DNA from: Nageia nagi
Lineage: Eukaryota; Plantae; Pinophyta
Direction of reading: 5' to 3'
NCBI GenBank assembly: GCA_050084985.1
Contig: JBITNC010000001.1
Coordinates: 180,172,001-180,236,000 of the forward strand
Length of the DNA stretch: 64,000 nt
The notes below the pieces were generated by a model. The model was given only the letters and a program-made list of their open reading frames with translations. It searched no databases and had not been told where the DNA came from. Each line of letters opens with the position of its first letter. Positions within the stretch are counted from its first letter, which is position 1. Positions 11,480-23,400 of the stretch are shown here, in pieces. The translations under genes and the position numbers were made by a program.

Positions 11480-14400
11480 CTGTAAATGGGGAATCATCTT
11501 GACAAATTTAGTTTCAGAAAATGGAACAATACTGCTAGGCAATTTACAGAAAAAGAACAGACATCTCCCAATTTGCAATGAAAGTCAGTGCAGAACAGAA
11601 TGAATTAAACAACTTGCGTTGACAGAAATCATAAATGAGAAAATACATATAGAATGTAGAAATCCTCAAATGTAGAAATCAAAGTGTTGCCAAGAGTGCC
11701 AAATCTCTGCATCTCTCCTGTAATGACAGAAGAACTAAAGGATGCTTATTGCTTGATGATGATGATGATCCTCAGACTGCTTCACATCAATGTTTATGGA
11801 TAGTTATATCCTAGAACTAATCCCTAGGCTTTAGGGTTGACTAATACTATTACTAACAAATGGGTCTGAACTAAATAGCTTGTATTGGGGCCATTCAAGA
11901 AAACCACTTCGCTTGTGTGGGCAACATGATTTTCCAACCAACCAAGTATTGATTTGTTTGTGTCTAGTTCCGCATGTCCTCACAGCAAGCAAATTGTCTG
12001 CAAGTAGGGGATGCCAAATGACTTGAATGTTGACCATGGAATGTGGGCCAACAACTTTTTCCTCCAAATGATAAGGCTCTTTTAACTTTAGCTGGTTCAC
12101 ATGAACAATATTCTGAATGCCAAATTGAGGAGGAAGATCCAAACAAGGCATTAGGGCCAATGGCTTTGGTGATTGTATATGGTCCATTGTAGGAACCGTT
12201 TATCCAACCAAAGCCAAACCCAAACTTCTTCAAAGGAATGAGCGCTGTGATGCCTACTGTAAAGTGCTTTGAATTTAAGAGAGTATGCTGAAACTTTTGT
12301 TGAACTTTGGAGTGGAACTTTCTTAAATTCTGTACAAAAGAAGAGGCTTTGTCTTGTTCTTTTTGTTGATGGGATGTTTTTGGTGTTGAAAGGATAACTG
12401 GAATCTCCTAAGGGGGCCAACAACTGTAAATGATAGCACATTTAGAATGGTGAACAACTAGTGGAAATACAAGTGTCTCGGTTTTAGGTATGCTGAAGAA
12501 TGTGTAGATAGTGATGTCAGATATTGATGCTGATGAAGACAGCAAAAAGACAAAGTTAGCCATGGGTTTGTGAAGATGAAGAGCTCTTGCATGATTTGTG
12601 TGTGAAATTAATGCATAAGAAAACTGTTTTTCCAGCCAAAACTGTCCTAAACTGCTAGAAACGTGTACATGCTCTACCTTTTGATATACTTTATTTTTTA
12701 GTGATTTTGGATACCCTTTTCTGTACAGAATGTATGCTAAAATTTCGTAAACTTTTGGGAACTTTTCTCGGAATGCATTTTTTTACCTTACACTGCAACT
12801 GTGTCAAGTTGGGTGCAGCTGAGGTAAGCTGTGCGAGGCTGAAGTAGGTATGAGAAGCTGTTGTGAGCTGGAGCGAACTGTTCATTCACAGTTTTGCTGG
12901 TGAATGTGATTTCATTCAACTGTTCATTCACAGTTTTGCTGGTGAGTGTAATTTCATGCTAAGTTTGGGCTGTAGTTGAACTGTTAACACTGCTTTTAAC
13001 TCTGAATTCTTAAAATAACTGATACTATTGTTTGTTTTGCTGATGATATGTGCGGAGAGCATACACTCATAAGGTGCAATTGACAACTTCAGTCTTGCCA
13101 TTAGTTTGTGGGTGGAAGAATGTAACTGACAACTATGTAATTCCCTCAATAGGACCAAAAGTAACTCAAGAATCTAGAATCACAATGAATGTAGGAGTGA
13201 ATAGCAACCTGAAGTGACTCTGTACATGCTTGAAGAATAAGCCTACACCTTTTGGTGCATCACTCATCTTGGTGCATGGCATGAAGATAGCCATTTTGAA
13301 AAAAAGACACACCACATCAAAGATACAATCATGTTGGTATTGTGTTCTCAGCAAAAGACTAATGAAGTCCAAGAGATGGACTTCTAAGGTCAAGTGGGCA
13401 TTGGAAGTTGTTGATGTAATCTAAGTTCCAGATTGGAACTCTTGGTTTGGTAACTGTGTGAGCATCGACATATGAAATAGTGTTGCAATGACTTCTCCTT
13501 GCCAAAATGTTAAGATACAAACAAGCCATCTTGTCAATAACTTCTCCATGCCAATAGAGTAATCCTCTAAGTTGCTTGAATTTTGGGCAAACATGATTGC
13601 AAGGCTTCAAATTGTTCTACAGGACTAGGTGGTGCAGCTATGATGAGTGGGAATGAAGTTTGTTTTTTGTTCTCAGTTCGTATTTGAATTAGGTTTGATG
13701 TGGAATCAGGTATGGGATTCGTTCCATTATCAAGGGTGTATTTTTGTGTTGTGTTGGTACATATTCATGGGTGTGTTTTTTTGTTCCTAGTGTTGATCTC
13801 TTTCGTGACCAAGGGAGGGAATGAAGAATTGATCATTTGAAGAGATCTGTCTCTTGGTTTTTGAGAAAATGGAGAGACATGAGAGTTATGCAAAACATCA
13901 TGGACTCCAACAACAATTTGGAATTGAAGCCAGCTAGAAACTTGCAGAGCCTATAACATTCATTCTATGCATCGGATTGGTGTGAAATTTGTCAATTCTG
14001 GAATTTACTATTTCACCTATACGGCTGATATTCTGTTTAGGCTGATTTGCTGCTGTTACAATTGAATAGACATAATTTAAGAAACCCAAGCCATTCTTTT
14101 GGATCATTTCCATCAAAACTACTTATGTTCAACTTAGATGGTTTCAGAATCATATTCATTTCAAGAGTCATACCTTTTCTTATATTGTTGTTGTAAGGGG
14201 CTTTGCTTCACAATTTTCTTGATGTTTGTTTTCCTTCATTGGTGGTCTTTTTTCTTCATAATTGGTAAAGAAATCCTGAAATATATTTTTAATCTCTTCC
14301 ATAGATGTCTCCATTACCTTGGTTAATTTTTCTCTTGCTTTATCGGCAAAAAGGTTCTTCTTTTCTTCTTCATACATTTTGTTGAGTCCTTTATCATTCG

Positions 14401-14580
14401 CTTCCTTTGTGACTCTTGCATCATTCCAATTGTCTCATACAAAATCCATTGCTTCATTTATAGGTGGTTGGTGTGAGGTGCTAGAACTTGTTGCTGGAAT
14501 TTTATTTCTATTTGGCATGATTTCCTTTTGTGAAGCTAGTGTTTTGGATGTTGGCGATTATTCCCAATATGGCTTCTAGG
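11480..14580 (-). mobile_element. Internally deleted Ty3/gypsy relic inside a FIO1 intron
   Basis: Gag FDGNDPKEWL (~14085-14120), integrase remnants (13100-13610), GPYTITKAIGPNA / LDLPPQFGIQNIVHVNQLK and WLVG C-terminal motif (11900-12200). Confidence 0.75.
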
Positions 14581-15395
14581 GAATATCCTTTTCTCATGTA
14601 AGGTATCTTGGATAAAGGTCCATTAAATCAAAATGTATCTGTTAGAGATGCTCACTATTTTGATCCCCTCAATAAGACGTATTTGATGGGTAAACTTCTT
14701 GAGAGGGTGATTTTCGCTTCGAAGAGTGGTTCATGTTTACCTGGGCTGTTCGTTGAAGATGCATGCTATTGCAATCACATAGACAAGACATATCTGTTAG
14801 GATAAATATCTTTATAACAGCAATCATGATAAAATTTACCATTAGGAGTGAGTTTTCAGCAGTGATAAACAGTTGGGTATTTGGATATCACTAAATCCCT
14901 ATTCTTCCGTTCACTGGAGTGGTTTGTATTTGTAAACTACTGGCTAAAATGTTGGTTCAAAATTTCAAATACAATGTCTTTTACTGGTTTGTCTTTTTCC
15001 TATACACTATTATCTTTTTCCTACTTCTATTTTTGATAAGAAATAAATTTGAAACGAGAAATTGGGAGAAAACATTTGCATACTTGGGTTTTCTGCTGGG
15101 TGAAATTGTGAAAGATTCCTCCCTGCTTTGAAAAAATTCGATCCCTCCAAGACAAATTCAATCAATGAACTCGTCTTTTCTCAGAAAAGTAAAATAAAAA
15201 AAGAAAGCGTTTTTGAGGTTAAATAATGCCTAGTTCAATATTCCTGAGCTGAGTCCAGCCGAGACTTGGGACTAGGCTCAAACTCGCGAATCACTTGACC
15301 AAGTCCAAAAACAATGAGTCTCGGGATCGAGTAACTTGACAGAGCCACTCTAACTCGCTGAGTTACTCGGACTCAGGCTGAGTCTTGTAACTATG
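14580..15395 (-). mobile_element. hAT-like DNA transposon end with GACTC/GAGTC subterminal motifs
   Basis: Minus-strand terminus CATAGTTACAAGACTC at 15395. Dense GAGTC/GACTC/ACTCG motifs at 15245-15385. Weak BED-like remnant at ~14810-14890. Confidence 0.55.
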
Positions 15396-15909
15396 GTTTA
15401 AATTATCAAGATATTGATAGACAATTTGACCAACTTGATGGCACATTTGATACCATTGCGCCAATAGTTGCTTCTTATACCTAATTTGGATATAAGCAGT
15501 TCTGGAAGGCCTTCTTGAAGTCGTCCCAAGTGTCTATGGTTGGCTTCTTGGTGGCAAACAAAACCAAACATGCGAGTGGCACTAACTTGGCTTGGGAATC
15601 GCTTTCTACTGTGTGTTGCTCCTAGAGTCCATTTGTTAATACATTAATGACATTGAAGTCATGGCTTGTGCATGGAGCACAAGGAGGATCTCAGACAAGA
15701 TCATGTATAATACACAACAAACAGTAGTAGATAACAATACAATTTTTTTCCAAACAGCATTAGGTAAGTGTTATATGAAAACGAAATACAGATAATACAG
15801 ACTGATAAAACCTCAATTGGCCATAGCACACTTCTAAAACGAGGCTTTTAGATGATGTGCCTACACCAGTAAAACGAGAATTAATATAAAAGAGGTTGCC
15901 AAAGTTTTA

Positions 15910-16206
15910 TGTTACTTTAATCATTAGAAGGGCTTAAATAATGTGTAAAAGGATGGACAAGCCTTATAGCTAGGCCCTTGTTAGCTGTCCATGAATTAAG
16001 CTGGTAGATTACATTTAGCATGTTACAGTAGTGAGGTGTGCAGGGCACAAGTGGGATGGACAACTCGTTAACAAAGATTACATGAATCAACAATGAGGTG
16101 TATAGTTCAGTAAGTGATGCGAATAGTTCAGTAATACTCAGTTAAGTTGAGTAGAAAATGTGAGGTGTCTAATAGCACAACAATTAAATTCTCACTAAAG
16201 CTAACA
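15910..16206. repeat. Old LTR-like direct repeat, copy 2
   Basis: TGTTA...TAACA termini, homologous to 11060-11445. A minus-strand Gag remnant (TIDTWDDFKKAFQ, ~15420-15700) lies nearby. Confidence 0.65.
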
Positions 16207-16273
16207 GTTACACTTCATTCCTGCACATTTGGATTGGTTTTCCTTTGTTTACGTTCACTTTTCTTCCTTTCAG

Positions 16274-16343
16274 GTGTTTGAGCAAACTCCAGGCACACTA
16301 CTAGTGAAGGGCTCATCAATACAGAAAGAGAGCATGTCTGCAA
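16274..16343 (+). CDS. FIO1: FIONA1 exon (VFEQTPGTLLVKGSSIQKESMSA)
   Basis: Strong polypyrimidine tract with CAG acceptor, GTAAGC donor (phase 1). Matches the FIO1 motif VFQQIPGTLLIKGS. Confidence 0.9.
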
Positions 16344-16398
16344 GTAAGCCTCCTTGTCTCTTGTTGTTTGTTTTTTCCCAATTTTTTCAGAAGACCAT

Positions 16399-16735
16399 TA
16401 CTTGTAATGGAATCCCATTAACATCCAAAATTTAGCTTTAGTTTCTGCTGGTATTGGGCAATCAGATAACCATATTATCATGGAATAATGTTTTTATGCA
16501 ATAATAAAGTAGCTTTGTTCATCTATATTTTGAATGATTAATTACATTTTAATATATAAAGAGAACAAATCTGCAGGGAAGCATTCTTTTTTGTTTATGT
16601 TTTTTTTTTCTTTTAAAGGATGAATACTTGTAATGGGACTTCCCTTAACATCCAAAACTAAACATTAACTGCTGTTGTTATTGAGCAATTAGATAATTTT
16701 ATTATCATGGGAATAATGTTTTTATACATGATAAT
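16399..16735. repeat. Intronic duplication of a ~110-bp unit (16399-16505 and 16625-16735)
   Basis: TACTTGTAATGG...TTAACATCCAAAA...TATTG.GCAAT.AGATAA...TTATCATGG.AATAATGTTTTTAT occurs twice. Confidence 0.8.
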
Positions 16736-19667
16736 GGTTTTAGACCAACTTCAGACTCCAACTAACTACTGCTTACCATCTATCTGGTAAATGTTTAATT
16801 ATTTAGTAACATAGAAATCTATGGCTATTACATTAAATGATGTAATAAACCTAATGTTCTCCATCTTACTATGTTATTTGGGATTAAACAAAATCATTCC
16901 ATTTAAAATATTGCGAGGGTTAAGTGTGTTTTTACACATCTAAGAGGATGTTTTTAGAGGTAGATTTACTTAGATCAGTGTTATATTTTGTAAAGTTTTG
17001 AAAAAAAGGGAAGTTACTTTTGAGTTATGAGGATGAAGTATCATGATCTTACATTAAAAGGTGCAAGAACAAACAGAAACTATAAAAACCCTATAAGCTT
17101 TAAAATAGGAGTATATTTTAGGATGAGAAAAGAAATTGTGTGCACACTTTGAAGCACTTCGTGGCCAATCGTAGGATTTATACTGCTTTTGGAGTTTCTG
17201 GGCCTGAGATTGGTATCTTGATACCCTTATCAGAAAGATTTTTAATCCTGTACTCTTTTCTTAGTATTTACTAGCAGGATTTAGTGGTTGCATTTGAAAA
17301 TGTAGGTGGAAGATGTGGAACCAAGTCACTTGAGTGGGATGGGGAAAGGTGGAACTGACTATTGAGAACACGATTGACCTCATAGAAGGCACAATAGCTC
17401 ACTAGTCCATCTCCGTGACACCAAAGGAGGAAGCTTCACGGTGCAAATGGCTCGATCATGGATTCACTAAAGCGGCAGAACCACACACTCTGCCCTTTCT
17501 CATCTAACGATTGCTGTGTAGAGGCATCGAGAAAGCAGGACTTCAGAAAGGGGTTCAAAACACTTAATACGGATATGGATACACGGATCTGCTGCTTTCT
17601 GTAGTGAGGGAATAGCCGTTTTTTCTACAACAGAAATAATGTCGCCAGGAAGAACTGTACTAGATTTGGTTTCATCTCAATTTAAGAATGGTTTATTTTA
17701 ACTTAGTTTCAGTTAGGGTTTGAAACAATTCTATTTCCAAGGGTTTCTATGTCTGGGAGCGGCATTTCCTATATATTTTCAAATTTCAGGTTGCATGTCC
17801 ATCTCTGATTTATTTTTTGGATTTTGAGTTTTTGATTTTGTGCAAGTTAGACAAGTTTCAGGTTTTTGAACCTATTCAAAAAATCATTGTGAACTGGAGA
17901 TACAACTTCTGTAGTCGACTCACTACACCTAAGGTAACCTGCATAGAACCCGAAGACATACTTGATAGTTTCTAGTTTCTACGACTTCATCCAGAAACCT
18001 ATTGCTTCTAATAGGGGAACAAGTTAAGCATCTTGAAAGAAATTGCCTTCCTTTTGTGAATGACACAACATTTCCTTTTGCTTTTCTTGAATCCCTGCCT
18101 TGATGTCATACTCCTCCTTGTGTGGGTTTCCTTCCTTTGACTTCTAAGGGATTGGATATGTGCAGATCTTTTGAATTCTCTTTTGCTACCAGTCATAATT
18201 TTCATTTTCTTGCACAAGGCTTGTGGAGTGGTAATGCGTGTATCGCAATTTTTGGAGATTGCCCTTTTTCGTTGAATTACCTGAAACAATGCACATATCT
18301 CTTCCATGTTTTTCCAAAGCACAAGCAGCTCAGATACAAACACACAATCCAAATGAAAAATAACCAATCATTCAAACGAAAATTTGGCGGAGTACCTTAT
18401 TGGCTCAAAATTAATCAGCAGAGGTATGGATAACACTAGATCTCATATTCTCTCTTATGAAGCTAACTGTTTAGTTTTTAAACATTCTCTTCATACTCTG
18501 GATCAACCTTTGGTGTGCCTCTTTTTCTACTTCAATATAGGTCTCTTTCAGAACATACCTTTCACTAAAACCAAGTTGGTGTCCTACAGATAAAATTTGG
18601 ATTACTTGTATATTGCTGCTTATGCATTTCAGAAACTAAGCATATGTTTTATGACTTGCAGTGGTCAAATCATAGGGCATACAAAGCAGCCACATTTGAT
18701 ATCAACTGATTCTTTTCATTGATGAAGAACTGTCAACAAACAATTACGCTATATGCTTTGGAAAGTTGAAAGTGATCTGTTTGAAGATTTGCCTTGTATG
18801 TTTACTACTTAGATTGTAACAAGAGTGAGGCATGCAAGTGGAAGATCTTTAGATGGCTTTCATCACAATAAGGAATGTGAGATGTTTGGGAATTGTTGAA
18901 TTGGCATGTTGCAGTTCTAAGAGATTAATAGATTAATTAAGCTTGCTTGGAGATTTATAACTATATTGGTTTCCTATCGAATAATTGCAAAGGTCACTAT
19001 ATATGGCAGTAAGCATGTCTAAATATATGTTTAATAATCTTATTCTGAAAATTAAGGGCGTCTTTCCTCTTTAACTGTCACTTTTATAAGGGAAATAATC
19101 TAATTTACTGTTACAATAGTTCAAGTTCCACCTTATATGTGCTGTTACAAACCTACTAGGTGCAGGAAAGCTTTCATTAAGATCTTGGGACATGAGTTGT
19201 TATTGGACAATGTTTTTAGAAGATAGTTATGAGCCAATGGTTTGATTTTTCGATTCCCTCTATAGAGAAAGGGCTCAGATGGATAGGAAGGATGAAAGTA
19301 GAGTTTTGATGCACCAATTTTTTGTTAATCTCCTTGCTAAGCCTATTTGCCAAGTAGATCACAGGGTCGAGATGACTTTGTTAATCTATGTCACCTCCAT
19401 TAGCGGGAAAGATAGCATTGACATCCTCTCTTTGCCATCTGTTTAAATTTTGACTTTATTTCCTATTAGTTTTACTATGAGGCATTGAGCAGAGTCAGCC
19501 ATCATATTTAATATGCTATTGAAGGTTGATTGCATTTTAACTTAATTTGTAGACTCCAAAAACTTTCTGGTTTTGAAGTTATTTCAATCTGATGTTTGCT
19601 CTTATGGTGCTTCCTATTTATTTTGAGATGAATGTGAATTAAATGCTTCATCCTCTTTGGCATACAG

Positions 19668-19753
19668 GAGCTTTTTCTGTATTATTTCTCCGAATGGAGG
19701 AAACATTTAAGGAGAAACTTGGTGCAAAGTTCCAGCGAACAATACCAAATTGA
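19668..19753 (+). CDS. FIO1: FIONA1 last coding exon (R|AFSVLFLRMEETFKEKLGAKFQRTIPN*)
   Basis: CATACAG acceptor. The phase-1 join keeps the frame, and the peptide matches the terminal helix of FIO1 (LFSVVFGSLEESLKSKF). TGA at 19751-19753. An alternative donor at 19722 is possible. Confidence 0.85.
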
Positions 19754-19823
19754 TTTTACGTTTCTTCTATTTCCTGTCAATTAATGTTTCTATAATGTCA
19801 CCAATAATTTCTTGGATTGACAG

Positions 19824-20450
19824 ATGTGTCCACCTTGGGGTAACAATCTTGTATTTCCTATGTTCTTTACAAGTTATGGAATCTACATAAAACATCTGTT
19901 GGACATTGTTGAAATTATTTAATGCAGGAAGCGTGGTTTGGAATGCATATAATGATCATTTTGCTCTATCGATGGTACTTGTTAGAAGCCATTTGGAATG
20001 TAGGTTTTGACAACATGGTGTCGACTTCTGCCATTTGGTGTGGAACTACTTGTTAGCCACTTCTCGAGGTTGGAAGCTTTTGTGAGAGAAAAGCTTTATG
20101 CTAGCTTTTTTGAAGTTGTTAAAGATTTGAATTCACCCATCTTATATATCCAGGAATGAAACAATGTATGTGGCTTGTAGCTGAAAACAGATGAATATAC
20201 CGAATTTATGCATATAGAAAGGTTGTACTCCACCCCAATTGTTGGTAGACCTAGGATTTTATAAAAATAAATGTGCTGCCATATCGCTAACTAGATACGT
20301 GAAATATATGATGGAAAACTTTGAACTATGTATTCTGCGTTTTGTGGATCTGTACTTTGTAGCCAATGATGTGGTTGGTCAGTGTCACAATCAGTGGCGA
20401 TATGATGAAAGATGTAATCAGCAGTACGTTGAATATAAAACTAGTACAGA
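19824..20450 (+). other. FIO1: Probable spliced 3' UTR or alternative 3' exons of FIO1 (19824-19839, 19928-20068, 20154 onward)
   Basis: GT..AG-bounded U-rich segments 19840-19927 (88 nt) and 20069-20153 (85 nt) have typical small plant intron size and composition. The 3' end is uncertain. Confidence 0.5.
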
Positions 20451-23400
20451 ATGGATGAAACATCCCATTTCTTTTCAAATCAATTACAATGTTAGGATGA
20501 AGTTTACCTAGCAAAGATTAAATTACAAAGGCAAAATCAAATGAACTCGTTGGCATGGATTCCAGCACTGCTTGCCAGCCTAGCAGTACTAAATCTTTTA
20601 CTGTCAAATGAGCAATAGTCCATTTAGATAACTGAGAATCATTTGAATCTGACTGGAAGATATTGCTAGTCACTAACGTAAAAGGAGAGTCTCTTGAACT
20701 AACCATATACCAATTGTTCTCTTAGGATTTGAAACATGCATTTTAGACATGCCCATATTTTGAAATCAAGGATGAATTATGAAGATCAGAAATGCATCAC
20801 ACAATATCAGAGAAGCCATCCATCTTAGATAAATCTTAATCATTGGAATATCCCATAACACAACTAGCCTTAAGCTTATCACACTGTTTTTCAACCGCAG
20901 GAAGCTACGTACCAGAAGCATAACATGATCCCTAAAGACTTTGGAAGGACTTCGCATCGATGCATTACTACTAAACCCATTAGGGTTACTCCCTTTAATT
21001 GCAACATTATAAGATTCTTTCTAACCTCAAATATGGGGGTCTCTTGACTCTCCATATGCATACTTCTATTGCTTCAATCAGATCTATTGGATTTGGCAAT
21101 TCGAAGACTTCCTGCTACTTTTTTGTGTGTCTATTACTTATTTTTACACATTGGAGTCACTTTAGGCACTCCCTTACTCTTCTTAATATATTTTTCTATC
21201 ATTTTTTTGGTCATATGTAGACATTAACATCAAATTTGAAATTTTACAGATATTATATTAAATGGTTCCACCTAGATGAACTTTAAGTCAAATCTACCAC
21301 ACCTTTATAAAACACTCAATAAGTTTTCATTTTTAACAACTACCTTTCTATTTAGCCATCACTACAAATATTTTGGCATAATATTTAGAGCTAAATTTGT
21401 TTTGAATGAACAATAGTAAATTCATCCAATATATTTTTGGATCATTACTCTATTCTTAATAAATTCAATGTAAATCTTTGTTAAGTTAAATGAGTTCTTA
21501 CAAATTAGAGGTAAACAAATATTAAAATTATATGCTTACCAGAAAAAAGGAAAATTAGGAAGAAGAGTGGGAGAACAAATTTCAAATTTGAAGAGTATGA
21601 GGAGAATGAAGCAACATAAGACAAGAAATATGACAAATTGGAGAGGAAGGAATCGACAATGCATGTGATAGGTGAGCTTTCTTTACCACGATGGACCCAC
21701 CTGTTGGGGGGAGGGTACCTCATGAATTTTAGGGAGAAAAAACCAAAATGAGATGTCAAGATTGTACATGGGCATACTAGTGGAACTTCAAAGGGTGGAA
21801 TAAGAGAAGGGCATGCCCGAGATTGTATTGCCAAATGAGATAATTGAAAGGATTGAATCCACAAGAAAGTCATCCTTGATTGGCAAATTTATGGGGAATA
21901 GACCAATAATGGAGAATATCAAGAGATAGATGAAAGCAAATTGGATAATAAAAGGTTCAATAGAAATTATCACTCTTTCATGTGATTTCTTAGTCTTTGA
22001 ATTTAATGTGGAAGAGGATCTTGAATGGATACTCTAGAATGGTACTTTGGCTTTAGACTTGAAAAAGAATCCTTTGATGTAGTATCATTATGGATAACAC
22101 TCCCAAATCTACTGCTTGATTTTTAGTGCGTTGATGTGATAGAAGCAGTTGAAAATGCACTAGGCTCCTTTATACGTATGGATCAATATACAAACATAGA
22201 TGCTATAAAACTCCTACAACACAAACTATGTCACAAAAATAAAAAATGAGTGCGTATATGATATATTTTACGATCTAAAGTCAAAGACATTTTCAGCTAC
22301 TATCTAAAGCCAATGACATGTTCAGTATGTAAGATCTATGGCTATCTTGCAAAAAATTTCCTAGCAAGACGTCCATAGGAGAAAAGAAAGAGACCACATC
22401 AAGAGTGGAGACAAAAAGGGAGAATAAATGAGGATCCAAACCTAGGATAGGGGAAAGGCAAAGAAAAAGAGATGGAAGGTTCATCAAATGAGGTACAACA
22501 TGCAATGAAAGATGCACAAGATAGTCTACTTGAGATCATAATGGACAATAAAAAATCTGCAAAGAAGAATAAGAATATGAATGAAGATCCAAACTCAACA
22601 AAGCAAAATCTAGCAAAGTAGAATCCAACACTGTAAAATCCTTTTGATATCTTGCATGATATTACTGAGGAAACTATTAATGGAATCAAGGATTTGTTGG
22701 TATCACAAGTGATGGAAACTCGATTTGAACAAACTCAAACTTTAAAAGATGACAACAATAAAACACAAGTTAAAGAGAATGACAAAAGTGAATCAGCGTT
22801 GGCAGAAGATGAAGAAACTTCAAAGGATGAAAGAGATTAAGACGATTCCCAGAAAGAAGATAAAGAACAAGAAAATAGAGAAATAGAAGAGGAGGAATAG
22901 TAAAGGGGGGGAAGAATAAGAGTGGGAAAATAAGGTATCAAAAAAGAAGAAGGAAAGATAAAGAGCAAATAAAAATAAAGAAAACAAACATCTAGGTATT
23001 AATGGAAATACAAGGAGTACAATAGATGTTGGTAGAACGGGAAGGGAAGCATAATCAAATTAAGAACTGAATAATACAAATATTAAAGAACTTCAAAGTG
23101 GATCAAAATGAGGTAAGAATAAGAGGAAAGTGGAGGTGGAAAACCCACCTCAAGAAAGGTTAAATGAAGATTCTATGTTGGAATATAAGGGGATGCAACC
23201 TCTTTAGCAAACAAAGAGTTGCAAGAGAGACAACAAAAGAATATCAACTAGACATAATAACTTTATAAGAAACAAAGAGCAAGCAAGAACAACAAGATAA
23301 AGAATTCGGAACAAGGTAAAACTAGAAACAATAAATGTTGTAGTTAAAGTAGGGGGTCTAGCTATTATGTGGAATCCCTTAATAGTGAAACTCCAAAGAT

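Noticed and set aside
11545-11553. Exact TACAGAAAA METTL16 motifs here and near 5246
   Set aside because: Both lie in TE-derived sequence with no convincing stem, and chance matches are expected in AT-rich DNA.
16976-18300. Further LTR or hAT-MITE relics in the last FIO1 intron (TGGTATC at ~17211, GGATAC motifs at ~17575)
   Set aside because: Signals too fragmentary to assign boundaries or class.
18662-18721. Terminal coding exon of the host gene
   Set aside because: The phase-1 join gives an immediate stop and no FIO1 similarity, whereas exon 19668-19753 matches the family C-terminus.
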